Below, piece by piece: positions 11,136 to 23,700 of a DNA stretch of 64,000 nucleotides. Every line of letters begins with the position of its first letter. The first letter of the stretch is position 1. The notes beneath the pieces are model-generated. The model ran no database searches, was not told where the DNA came from, and worked only from the letters and a program-made list of their open reading frames with translations. This DNA comes from Sphaerodactylus townsendi (lineage: Eukaryota): NCBI RefSeq assembly GCF_021028975.2, contig NC_059434.1:64914001-64978000 (forward strand). The letters run 5' to 3'. The position numbers and the translations under genes are program-made.

Positions 11136-11524
11136 AGGGCTGCCAGGTGTTCCATAGATACAATAAAAAGCTGGGGGAGACATACTAGCAGAGTAGGGAC
11201 ACTTAGGCAACCATAGTAGGTGATATGGTGATGTCACCTGGCATATACTGGAAAAACCATAATCATGTGACTGGTGCCCCAGGATTCTCTGGTATTTGGA
11301 CACAACCTCTCTGTTTTTACCGTACAGGTTTTACCCAAATACCAGAACATCCCCACATGAATGACAACATGATGACATTATCTCTAGTGTATGTCATGTT
11401 ATAATATTAGCAGTGTAGGCCTCCCTTGCTGCTGGTATGTCCCACTTGGCTGTATAAGGAGCAGTGGAGGTGGGGTCTGGTAGTAGGAAATCTGCCACTC
11501 CCTGCAGGGTGGTTGGTAACCCTA
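11136..11524. mobile_element. Old hAT (Blackjack-like) element
   Basis: Ends AGGGCTGCCAG / TTGGTAACCCTA resemble TAGGGTTGCCA TIRs. Confidence 0.45.
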
Positions 11525-11714
11525 CCTTCACCCCCATTCCCTTTCACAATCAGACCTATATACTAGAATGAGTCCACATGCCAACTTCACTCAGGATATG
11601 TAACAAAAGCTTGAATCCTTATTATTAACCTTTCCTGTTCTATCAAACAATTGTTATAGATAAGGTGGGGATTTAGATACATCTTGGTTCAGTTGGTTAC
11701 AACTATGAGCCTTT

Positions 11715-11840
11715 TGCACACTTTTAGCCTGGCCTATCTCACAGGGTTGTTGTGAGGAAAAAATTGAGGATAGGAGAATTACATGAGCGTCTTTGGGCCA
11801 CCACTGTGGAGAAAGATAGGACAGAAATTTAGTAAATAAT
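11715..11840 (+). mobile_element. MIR/CORE-like SINE 3' fragment
   Basis: cctatctcacagggttgttgtgagga core motif followed by an L2-like tail. Confidence 0.6.
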
Positions 11841-13479
11841 TAAATATTCCTGGGTTTAGTGTTCACAGAGATTGAAAGCAAAGATTTCAATGTTACTAAC
11901 ATCAACAGTTTTCTCATATATACACATTGCATATCTCCGATTGCTATCATTTTTAATGAACAGAAAAAAATAATAATGAAGCTGTTGAGTGAAACTTGAA
12001 ACATATTTCAGCTGGAAAAGTCTGAATTTGTGGATGACCATTATTACATATTATCACCCATATGAGACTCAACTACCACCAGCTTCATCTGACCAGACAG
12101 ATTTCCTTTTGACATTTTTTCCAGGTAGCTTTTTATTTTCTCTGCATGAAGCTTGAAACTTAAAAGAATCTGTCAGGGTTTTATGCTAGCACAAGAAAAT
12201 ATGAGTACCAGCGGAGCTGCAATGGCATCTTTTTATTAGATCCCAATTAGGAGGCTACAATGAAATTATTACACTTTCACACCATGTTGCAGAAATTCAT
12301 CAGCATTAATATGCCATCTTTTTAGAATTTGTAGTCTATAAGGATTTCTAGGAGGGATTAATCTGAAAACTCAAAGCATGGCTGTTATTTGTGAAGACTA
12401 AAAGGTGTAAACAAAATGATAAATTTCCTAGCTGTTTCTAAAAGTGGGCAGTCTGGTTCATCGACATTTTATTTGCTTACTTAGGTTTTTAACTTTTGTG
12501 AGAGTGAGCACATAAGGGACTTTCTATGCATACAAGTCATTTTTTTTGTAAAGGGAGAAAAATGAGTTGTTAAGTTAGCAAAAACCATGTGTTCATATCA
12601 GAGTGTATAGCAATGTCCTTATTTCAGGGATCAAAAGTTCTTAATTCTTGTGCTACTGGAATGATCCAGTAACATTTGATAAGAGGGCCATGCCAATTGG
12701 CCGAATTATATGTTTGTTTGTTTTTTGACGGGTAGCATCTATGTCTCAGGATAGGTTAATATAGTCACTGAAAAGAACACCTAAGTTGCTTAGTGCACAT
12801 TGCTGCTCTTTGCAGATCTTATCAGAGTAGCATTGGACTGTGTTCAGAAGTAAAAAAAAACCCACTGCATTGAATCTGCACTGCATTCAGTGAATACTGT
12901 TATGGATTTTATTTCATGTTGCCTCCACCATCCCCTCGCTATTCAGAAAGCTAGTAAGAAGGACAGGCTTGATCCTGGTTTTAGCTCAGCTGGCCCTGGG
13001 GAAAAAAGGTGCCTTCCTAGATCCATGAACTTCCCATAATTTTTTTCTGGACTGAAGGACTACAAAACCAAAAAAGTACTATGCAGATTAGCATGTGCTG
13101 CAAAACTTATGGTCTGCATTGTTTGGTCACGCACATCAATATCTTATCTTCAATAAGCAGTTACTCAACATACAGAAATTCTGTAGAAAAACCAAACAGC
13201 CATAGCAAGCACCTCTCCTACAGAAATTATAGCAACTGTGTCAGTCATCATGTACCTTTGCACCCAGGCAGCTCCCTGTGACATGAAAAGCACTGGTCAG
13301 CATGGAGTAATAGCTGGAAACATGTTGCCCACCCATTCATCATCTCCTTTACTAATATTTAGACTGGGAACATCACCCTTTGCATCAAGAGTTTCTAAAG
13401 GATGGCCTTCACTTGGGTTCTGAGATCCATACATAGTACTTTCCTATAGAAACCGGCATTCCCTGAAGTTATCAGAAGT

Positions 13480-13748
13480 CATGGGAGGACTTGTTCAGCT
13501 GCTGCCTTGAGACTATGGAACTCTCTCCTCTTGGAAGTGAGGTCGTGACCATCCGTAGATGAAAACTTTCTGCTCTGGGAAGTCTTTAAATTGGAAGGAA
13601 GAGCTTCTTGTTCTGCACCAGTATACTCTGAGATGATTTTGGGTTACCCTGAATGCACTGAAATTGTTTTATCTGTTATTATTTGTACTTTATGTTGAAT
13701 GTGTTTTGATGGAAAGGTGATTGATAAACAGTGTAAGTAAATAAATAC
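13480..13748 (+). mobile_element. Old L2 3' fragment
   Basis: ttcagctgctgccttgagactatggaactctctcc ORF-end motif, T-rich UTR, taaataaata tail. Confidence 0.5.
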
Positions 13749-14659
13749 ATCCTCCTCTTCTTCAGTACTTCTTCAACCTGTTTTCTTGGCCAATAGAGTG
13801 GAAAGCTGTGAGAGGGATTAGGGGAGGGGACTTTCATACTGCTCCTAAAGTAGGGTCAGAGTCCACCCTCCAGTGTTCCTTTGTTCCTTGGCTTGGTTGT
13901 GCTGCACTGGGCCCAGCCAGGTTTCCTCCATCTGCCACTGCACTGCCACATCACTCTTCTTTGAGTATGCCTGGCTGTGAATCAGAAGAATCCACTGCTC
14001 CTCCATCCTCAGCTCTTGTTGCTGCTGCCTCTAGAGGCCTGTTTGTCATGGGCATCCCAGGAGCTGCTCTGATACCTAAGTTGCATGTGAGAGTATGGGT
14101 AGCAACTTCAGTTAAGGATGTATGGGTGATTGTACATACATATGTCATTTGAAAAGAATATTGTTTCGTTAGCTACAGAAATGTATGGTGACCAAACATT
14201 CCCGATCAAATATTTATCTAGCAAAGAACTGCTACAAATGTTTAGAGAAAGTTTTACACCATTGTGGGGCTCTGGAAGAAAGAGAAAAAAAATGGCTTTA
14301 GCAGAGACAACCACCAGCTGCTTTAAAGATTAATGACTGAGAAAAAATGCCACCAGTCATCAACCTTTTTTTCCCGAATGCACTGAAAATACTGTATGGA
14401 AAAATACATGGAAATATTAATAACGGATTGTATATTTTTGTTCTGATATCTAGTTGGAGAAAGGGATGGTTTAATTTCATCCCTGCTTAATGACTTTATA
14501 ATACAAAGACATTTTCAAATGTATTGTCAAAGGTAAGGGATATGAATATATTACTATTTAATTTTTAAAAAATGTCACCCGAAGGTCATTTGTATGTATT
14601 ATACAATTTGAAATTTAATAAACATATTAATAAAAAAATGTATTGTTAAAGGTTTTCAT

Positions 14660-14900
14660 AGCCAAAATGTGGATTTTGTGAGTTGCGTGTCCATAGTCTG
14701 GTAGTTTTTGCTCTTAACATTTCGCCTGCACCCATGGCTGGCATCTTCAGAGGCGTGTCACAGTACAATGTGTTTACTGTGTTATGGAGAAAAACACCTT
14801 TTCTGACAGTTTCTGAAGATACCAGCCTTAGATGTGGGCAAAATGTTAGGAGCAAAAACTACCAGACCATAGATACATAGCTCGGAAACCCCACAATACC
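14660..14900. mobile_element. Penelope-like element inverted terminal repeat with decayed hammerhead cores
   Basis: Arms ~14662-14753 and ~14811-14897 are reverse complements; each carries CTGAAGA-stem-(G)AAA-TGTT. Confidence 0.8.
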
Positions 14901-15890
14901 TATTTCTAAATGTTTTATGATGGTCCCTATTCATTTCTGTTCATTTTTTGAAAACCCAGAATATTTATGCAAGTTCCCAGATTTATCTTCACTGGCTGGG
15001 AAAGTATGAAGATAAAATGTACATGGTCTGGTTGTCACCGCTGCTATAGTTCCATGAAGCAGAAATAATATATCTCTTTTAAGTCACAGTGAAGCTTTGG
15101 TAGTGACAGAATAGCGAGGAAAATAATAGCTCTTAAAAGTACATTGAGAAAAATATGACATGCAAAACACAGTAAACACACAGTCCATATGCAGCGCTCA
15201 TGTTCCATTAGGCAAAGTGCTGGATTTTACCCAAACCAGCCTATTAATGTCTTAATGAAAATGGTGCTTTCTTCCCTGGAAAATGTTGAGCAAAGTCTTT
15301 TATCAATGATAAGTGAACAAGAGATGTTTCATAGATAAAGTTCTGAACAAACACATCTCCTTCTCACGACCTTGCCAAACAGCCAGGCTTTTCAGCACCA
15401 GGATACCACATAATAGATATTCCGAACAGCGTATAATATCAATAACAGTGATGTTGACATTTGCTGATCCTTTTCTTTCAGTTTGACTCCTTTTTTCTCT
15501 CAATGAGCCCCAGTATTGGGTTGGTGGGTATGTAACCCAGCAGAACCTTGGCTACACAAATCCCTCCCTGCCATTTGTACTTTGGATTTTTGTCCAACCT
15601 GGCTACTGAAATAATGTAAGGATCACATTAATGATGTCCATTATACATCAATCATGTATAATAGTGAGCTATCTCTGGCATTATACAGAATGGCAGTGAT
15701 AGCCAACTGACAGACTCCCTCACCTTGTCAACTCTCTGAGGCAGGGAAACCACTCACTGACCTGCACGGTCATATTTTTACCTTCAAAAATGGAGGTGCT
15801 TAGGATATGGTAGCTTAAGATATGGTAGCATAAAAATGAAACCCTTTCTTTGCTTTGCAACTGACCCAGATGGTGAAGAATATCCATTAT

Positions 15891-16952
15891 TATAACCTTT
15901 CTAGGCAAACCCCTTAATTAGGCACACAAAATAATAGTGAGGCTGATTTTTAATTTAAACAGAATAAAAATTTGTTGAACATTGAGGAGAAGGGAACAGA
16001 GGTAAATAACATGGAGAGAAGGAAAAGATAAGGCAGAAGAAATATATTTACAAAAAAGCTTTGGCAGAGAATTTCAGTGTTTAGTTTAGGTACTAGCTTA
16101 ATTACTGTTCAGTTTCACAGTTTATATGTTATATTGCTGTTTCATAGTTGATACAGTTTCTTATGATGTTCTGGCTAATGGATTACACATTCGTGGTCTA
16201 ACTCAGGCTTGCATTTTACACAATACCCTCATAAGCCCCTATTAGAAAACGCTAAAATAAAACATAAATCACTCTGTCTGAAGTAAAACCTCAGTATAAC
16301 CCTCCACCAGTTCACTTAGTCTGAATATTATTTTGCTTTCACACACAGCAGACCAATCCTCACAATTAGAGTAAGCCAACTACTCTCCTCAGAAATATGT
16401 TAAAGTACAGTTAAGGCAGATAATTTGTAACTCCAGGAACTCCAAAAGCACCTTAGATTATCACAAGAAGATATCCTGCTCCCTCTGTGCATCATCAAGT
16501 TTTTTAGCCAATCAGAGTGCAGGATGCCACCACCAATGAGGTGGCTTCTCCTGTTCTTAAAACCTTCTATGCCTCACTCTGGGCCACTCCGCATGGGCCC
16601 GGGGAGAAGCGGGGCACCGGTGTACATGACACCAGTCCAGCCCTTGGGCCATTCACACACTTGTGTGCGGATGGCCCAGGAGCTGCTGTGGCCCGCGGCC
16701 ACATGTCTGCATGAAGATGCACTGTTTTTTAAAAAACCCATACCTCCTCTTTCCTGTGTAGCTCCATTAAGCCGAGGGGACTGAGTGGCCCTGGCAACAC
16801 CCCGGGACTTGGAGGGCAGGAGGCATGTCCCCTCAGTCTGACAGAGCTACGCAGGGAAGAGGGGTAAGTTAGGGTTAGTAGGCAGAATGTGCATGCCACC
16901 ACATCCACTGTCAAGAAATATCATTATTAGATTACATGGTCAATCAATTACA
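15891..16952 (-). mobile_element. Possible old LTR-like insertion
   Basis: TATAACC...ATTACA ends with TTAT/TTGT flanks; LTR-like composition; boundaries uncertain. Confidence 0.3.
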
Positions 16953-16955
16953 TTG

Positions 16956-17090
16956 TCCAGTCTAAATTTCTGGTTACTATCTACAAATCCTTTAATGGCT
17001 TTGGACCAATATCTGCAGGACCCCCTCTCCTGTTGTGCCCCACGATGATAGCTGTGCCCATCTGAACTAGGATTGCTACATGTCTGCTGG
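16956..17090 (+). mobile_element. L2 ORF2 fragment
   Basis: Decayed QSKFLVTIYKSFNGFGP.YLQD motif typical of the L2 C-terminal region. Confidence 0.55.
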
Positions 17091-17394
17091 GATGTGAGAT
17101 GTCCCATCCCCACTAGGCATTGTCCACCAGCATACCCATGGGAGAATTTTTTTTAAAAAAAAAATAAGTATTGACATCAGCAACAGTGTGATGTCACTTT
17201 TGATTTTCTGTGGAAGTGTCATCAAACTGTTCTTGATGTCAATTTCCTCTCTGGGAATTGCTGAAAACTATAGTAGAAGCATAGAGTTTCAGATAACTTC
17301 AAGGTTATGTGATGTCACTTCTCTAGTATCCCTCCATCTCCTACTGGTTTCTAGATCCTCTGAAAAACTTTAAAAAAATAAAAAAGGCCCATTC

Positions 17395-17990
17395 TGACCT
17401 GGATAATCCAAGCTAGCTTGATATTGTCAGATCTCAGACGTTAAGGAAGGTCAACCCTGGCAAGTACTTGAATGGGAAACTTCAAAGGAATACCAGGGGT
17501 TTGGCACAGAGGTGGAATCCAGCAGGTTCTCACAGGTTCCCGAGAGTAGGTTACTAATTATTTGTGTGTGCCGAGAGGGGGTTACTAATTGGTGATTTTG
17601 CCACGTGATTTTTGCCTTAGTTACGCCCCTCCTCTCAGCAGTAGCACGCAGAGCTTGAAGCAGTCTAGCAGGAGGTGCACTGGCATGCGTGGCAGCCTAC
17701 GCCTGCATGCACTTGTTTCCCGCCCAAGGACCGGAGCAGCAGCTGCGTCCTTGCCACAGCCCCACCCAGGAATGCCCCATCCCCGGAATGCCCCCGTCAT
17801 GCCCTGCCCAGCCCCATTGGCACTATGCCACAGTTTGAATCCCACCACCACGGGAACCTGTTACTAAAATTTTTGGATCCCACCACTGGTTTGACACCGA
17901 GGCAGGCAATGGCAAATCACTTCTGAATGTCTTTTTTCTTGAAAACCTCATCAAGGGCTCTCATCAATCAGATGGGATTGGACAGCAAAA
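17395..17990 (+). mobile_element. 5S rRNA-derived SINE with RTE/BovB-like tail, interrupted by a hAT MITE
   Basis: gatattgtcagatctcagacgttaaggaaggtcaaccctggcaagtacttgaatgggaaacttcaaaggaataccagggg aligns by eye to the 5S rRNA internal control region; resumes after 17896 with ggcaatggcaaatcacttc (BovB-like end). Confidence 0.75.
17507..17888. mobile_element. hAT MITE
   Basis: TIRs CAGAGGTGGAATCC / GGATCCCACCACTG; 8-bp TSD GTTTGGCA / GTTTGACA. Confidence 0.9.
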
Positions 17991-18173
17991 AGAAGACAAG
18001 ACCCAAGATAGGACCTTTTAAATTACATTTTAATGATAACATAAAACACTTTAAAGAAGGGCAGTAGTTTGTTGTTTCACTACTTATTTATTTCCCACTT
18101 CCAACTATGTTTGAACTGATTTACAAAATACTAGTAAAATAAAGAAAAATATATATAAACTCAGCATCAATGC

Positions 18174-18252
18174 ATTATTATTATTAATAATAATAACCAT
18201 AACAACAACAACAACAAAACAACAACAACAAAACAACAACAACAATAATAAT
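18174..18252 (+). repeat. Compound (ATT)/(AAT)/(AAC) microsatellite
   Basis: Read directly from the sequence. Confidence 0.85.
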
Positions 18253-19588
18253 CAGTACAATTAAACAGCATAGTGACAACAATGTAATAATGCAAATGAC
18301 TGAATAAAAATATTTAGAAGAATTCACTTCAGCAGGAAACAATATTTAAAACTCACTAAATCAAAACATTTTTACCTGGCAGATGAAATAAAGTGATGTG
18401 GCAAGCAATCCAAAGTGGTTTCCCCAGCCCAAACAGCACCACAGACAAGTCCGATTTGTGGTTACCCCCCACTTCATTTTCCTTACTAAGGCTTTCCAAA
18501 CTTATCAAGATATATTGGTTAAAAGCAAAGGAAACTGAAAACAAGATTCTCTGCTACAGTCTTTATTTACAGAAGTTGCTCTTTGCTTGAACATATATAA
18601 GGGGAGTTGTATTCTGGCTTTCCCTTGGAGTACAATACAAACCTATTCAATTCCTCATGCAATAACACTTGGTTGTAAAACTACATATCTTTTGAGTAGT
18701 GTGAGACTCAGCTCTCCAAGAAGTGCTACTTCATGTGCCAGTGAATAACACAAGTTCGTTGAGCATTCATTTTATTCCACTTTAATTTAGAAAAGAAAAC
18801 TTATGATTCCCCTGGTATGTCTCATTTTTTACAAGAAGTATTATATTTCTGTGATTTATTGAGATATTAACATGGAAATGGTGATGTTAAACAATACTTT
18901 GAATAGCTCTAAAAGTGCAGTGGGAATCATGATTTCATAAGAAGAAAATTAGTTATGTAGGTAATGTTATTGTGTAATTTCCCATAGGTTCTCTACATCA
19001 GGCCAGATTTTATTATATTCTAAAACAAAGTTGCTTGTATTCATTTGCAGTATAAAGTACTGTAGGATGCAGCAATATCAGAAGACAGCTCACAGTGTAA
19101 GGAAAGACATCTGTTAATGGTACCATGAATAGTTATAAACTGTGGTGCTCAAATGGCTTTACCAGCAAAGCACTGCTTCGTAATTTATTTTTATAGCCAA
19201 TGGATGCCTCATTTTTCATAGTTTGATAGTTTGCATTCAAATGTACCAATAAGTTCCAATGCAATCACTCCTACACAGCATGTTTTACTGTCGAACACAC
19301 AATAGGATAGTTAATGGTCTGCTGGTGGGTAGACACCTTCAGCAGCAGGTTGGCGTGCCATCTTACTGTGTTGTTCACAAAATTAATTTGAGAATTGCAA
19401 TTCTTTATGCCAAGGTTTACGTTGATATTTGATTTAATTTCTGGGTGCTGAATCTGAAGACAAAAAAAAATCTTGGACAAACCCATCTGCTTCACTGTTT
19501 CCCTTGTCTCACTTCCGTTATAATCCCTATCAGTGTCCATAATCCCCTACAAACATATTTGGGAGTCAATGACATCTTCTGGTGCCTG

Positions 19589-20154
19589 TGTAACCCCTAT
19601 GTTCAGAATGGGTTGACCCAGAAAGGGGTGGAGACTCAAAGCAGCAGGAGACTGCAAAAACTCTAAAACTTGGAGGAAGCAAGGCTACCAGGCTGGGACT
19701 TTGATTTCTTTCTTTCTATGCTCTTAACACCTTGTTTAAGGTAACTGCAAAGTTGTTGGAAACTAGTGGGAAGGGAGTTGTTTATTTTTGCTGTATTGTA
19801 AATGTTAGAATGTATTGTTTCAGGGCTTTCTGTGAATATAGTTGATGGGAGTTCTTTTGGGGACCTTCACCATCTTGAATCCTGTTCACCAAGTCTCTGA
19901 AGTCTTCAAAAGCCAATCCCCAGCAAAGAAGAATTGGACTTGGCATTATCAGTAGACTGTAAATATAAGGACTTGAAATGCAACTTAACAGGACTGTAAA
20001 GTGTAAATGTTAAATGTTAATGTTTTAAAAGTGTTATTTGTTTTAAATTTTAGTTTTAGTTATTTTAAATTAAATTAGTTTTAGTTATTTTAAATTTAGT
20101 TCTTTGCAACTTCTTCCAAGTTCTGCCCCACAGAACCCACATGCAGAGGTTACA
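19589..20154 (+). mobile_element. Solo LTR, copy B
   Basis: TGTAAC...GTTACA; TSD CCTG (19585-19588, 20155-20158); small internal AT-rich duplication at ~20040-20100. Confidence 0.92.
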
Positions 20155-20589
20155 CCTGCCTACTCAGATCTCCTTAAATTAAAAAACAATAATGAAATAA
20201 TTTAGGTTTGCCATCCTTTGCTTCTCTAGTACCTCATCTACCCTTCCCATCACCTGCAATTAACATGTCTACTGTGATCTACTTACAAAACCCCCAATGG
20301 CAGTTGGATTAGCTATTTCTGCAAAAGCCACATCATACAGTGGACAAAAATAAATCTTCCTGCCACGTTGCCAAGATTGTAGTGGGAACGCAAAAATTAC
20401 CAGCCATCCTCTTGTTCTCTGCTATATGTCAAATAGGGAGTTGTTATTTTTAATTTTTTTTTAAAAAAATTGTATTTTATCAGCAAAAAAAATTACAGAA
20501 AGGAAGAAAATTTTGAAAAAGAGACCAAAAAAAAAAAAGACTGGGAAAGAAGGGAGTTTGGGAAAAGAGAAGGCAGCTTCTCTTCTGCT

Positions 20590-20701
20590 TTCACATCCTG
20601 CATGTGAGCTCCCAAAGGCACCTGGTGGGCCAGTGCGAGTAGCAGAGTGCTGGACTAGATAGACTCTGGTCTGATACAACAGGCTCTTTCCTATGTTCTT
20701 A
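20590..20701 (+). mobile_element. CR1 3' UTR fragment
   Basis: Near-identical to the reverse complement of 8840-8950; ends in ctatgttctta. Confidence 0.9.
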
Positions 20702-23700
20702 GGAGTCTAAAAACTAGCACCCACTTACTGATCTTAGGTGTTTCCAGAACTGGTGGCTCTTTTTACAAAACCCAGCTAGTCCACCTGTTGAATTGTAAGT
20801 CCCCAGGTGCCCAAATCCTGGGAAGGCAAGATTTAAGATATGCTTGCTCTTCAAGCCAGTGAGAACACCCCTTTCATAAATGTGTGTCAGGGAGTTCAAC
20901 CCAGCTGAAGTGCCATTTCTTCAAAAGTCAGAGAGTTATTTTTAAAAGGGCATAACCCTGTCAGATCTCCTTCCTGTTCGTGTCATTCTTACTGATCCTA
21001 AATTCAGCTTGGCTATTCCAGTCTACTTTGAAAAGTATTTAATCAAATCCTTTTGCCCACCACGTGCATATATTGGTATCCCTGGTTTTTTTTATATAAA
21101 TTCTGCCTCTTACATTTCTAAGTCAATGCTAAATTTTATAGTAACATGTGAAGTTCTAGTATGAACATACCCTTGCATTCATCTGGGGCTTCACGGTGCA
21201 TGTGTCCTGACTTCTAGCTTGATTTTTTAACTGAGATGCAAATGTGAACCCTGCTCACATGATGGATTTACGCGTCTTTAAGGAAGCTCAATAACCACGA
21301 GAAAACAAGTGAGACTTAATACCATAGCAGTTGTTGATCTCGGCTCAGCAATTGTTGAAGAACTAATGATTATTTGTCTTCTCTGGACACAATACATTTC
21401 AAATTCATTATATGCAAAGGTGATTTTAAAAAAAGGTTCTATTAAGTACTAAATCATTCATCGGATGCTATTCAGACTTACAGGTAGCTGACAGAATTTT
21501 GAATATTTAAGCCGATCTGGCCCTCTAATATTAATTACAGCATAATACTGCAGATTATAATTTTCTTCTTGACTGTGATATTACTTGTTAATGTGCACAG
21601 GCAATGAAATTTCACTTTATGGTTTTGTACTCTGAAAATGAAGAAGTATTACAAGTAAACAAGAAATGCAGTTTTATTTTTAAGCTCAGCGTAGATCATT
21701 TGACAATTTTTATAGAATACACTAATCTTTGTTTAGAGCTCTTTTTGAGGAAGAATAAAAGTATGCAAGCACAGCCTTCCTGACCCTTTAAGAACCACTG
21801 GATAAAACGGATCTCTAAAAACAGTAAACGATGTCCCACCAGTTTCATCTCCTGTTCACCTCTGACTCTCTATTGCATATTGAAGGCAAATTATGTGGGC
21901 TCATTCCCTAGTCAGATTTTACTCACCTAGATTTAGAGAATGAGTTTTGAATCTGGTCTGAGTCTGACTGATCATAAAAAAACTCTAGTTATGAAGAAAA
22001 TCTCTCCACATGAGTAATGAGGAGCTTCTCCTATTTTCTTAAATGAAGTCCAGTAGCATCATTAGATGGTGCACATACCCTGGGGCTATATATGCACAAA
22101 TAATCCCAGTTTGCAAGGTGGTATTGGACTCAATGCTCTCTGGATTCCTTTCAACCCTTGGATATAGTAGTTTAGTAGGGATGAATAAATGGCATGGAGT
22201 GTTTCAAATTATCACTTCTTTTTCTACTCTGCATACTTTGCAAGTTTGTGAATTCAAAGCCTGACATGAATATTTACCTCCAAACATAATTTTGGTTTGA
22301 GGATGGTTAATGTAACGTTCCCCACCTAGATTGTGTTCTTCTCCCCCAGTAGCACACATCTAATAGTCATGCCGCAGTGAGCCTAGCAACTAATAATGAT
22401 AAATTGCAACTGTCCAAGTTGATGTTAATCACAAGCAAGTTTGAAAAAAAAACAGGCACAAGAAGGGTATACCAGACATAATATTGTTAGCCTTGCAGCA
22501 TTCCCTGGGTTTATGCTGGGTGACAACTATTTCCCCGTGGTTTCCAGTATCCCATCAAAGGGACTGCTAAATTGCAATCACTACAGAGGTCTGTCATGTA
22601 GGTCACCGCCAGAGCAGATGTTCTACTATAGTGTACTGCTGAAGTCATGACCATGAAATACTTCCTGCACTTCTATGCCATTTTTACACATACACACACA
22701 AACCAAATGGTTCTACTCGGGTGGTGGGAAATATTGATCAGATCTAGTTAGCGCTCAGTGACTGTGCTCTGATGCAACCAAGTGGACAGATTAGTCTGTG
22801 TTTGCTGGCAAGGAAAGTACAGCACAAGTCAAGATGTGATCAATCCACCAATCTACAGTGACAGAATAATACATTAGAACAGATTGATCTCTCGGCTACT
22901 GAAAATCAAGTTAACTCCTTCCTTGTACTGCCATGGTCCTGCCTTATAGAGTGGTTTGTTTTGTAATACTTTCCCAATTCAGAATGCTGCGTGTGATTGA
23001 TTTTTTTTTTTGTCCCTTCCTTGTCCCGTAGCCTTGTGCAAGGAATAAATTTGCATTCTCTTACCCATATCATTGTGAAGAATACCAGAATTTAAAAAGA
23101 CCCAATAATTTGCCCTTTTGATGTAAAAGACCAGGGAAATTAAAAGGAACAGTCTGTTGAATGACAGTTGCAATACAACTGGCTGCCTTTAGGAAGCTTC
23201 TAAATGAACGTTTTTGTTTGTTATATTGTTTAACACTAGATTGTTGCTGGGCTTGTTTTTGAGAAGAGTGGGTATTTGAACACTGTACTTCATTTTGAAG
23301 GATATTGTGTCAAAAATAATTATGTCAAAAACAATAAAATAAAGCTTTAGAAGTAATCTAAATTTGTATCATTTTCCTCCTTTGGACATATTTAGCACAG
23401 CCTTATTTATTCCACTGCATGCATTCCCATAACTTTATATGGTGGCTGTATTACATAACAGTCCTCACTGAGTGGCAATTGATTGAGACAGGCTGCCTGA
23501 AACTTTGCTGGTGAAATTCAGCAAGGATCATGTGACATGTAATTCTGAACTGCTTAACCTCACAGATTTTGCTTTATGTGATCATTGGAAAGACCTCATT
23601 CAGGGGCAGTGAGAAGGGCTTCCACACTCACTGCTGAGAATGACCCCCATTTTTTCCTCTTAAAGCAAAAAAAAATTATCCCAACCTCTTTGCTCCAGCT

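Noticed and set aside
17420-17500. Functional 5S rRNA gene
   Set aside because: Many substitutions, no 5S 5' end or terminator, and it continues into a SINE tail
6728-20154. LTR A and B as the two ends of one 13-kb provirus (outer CCTG flanks match)
   Set aside because: Each LTR has CCTG on both of its own sides, the two are clearly diverged, and no PBS, PPT or gag/pol lies between them
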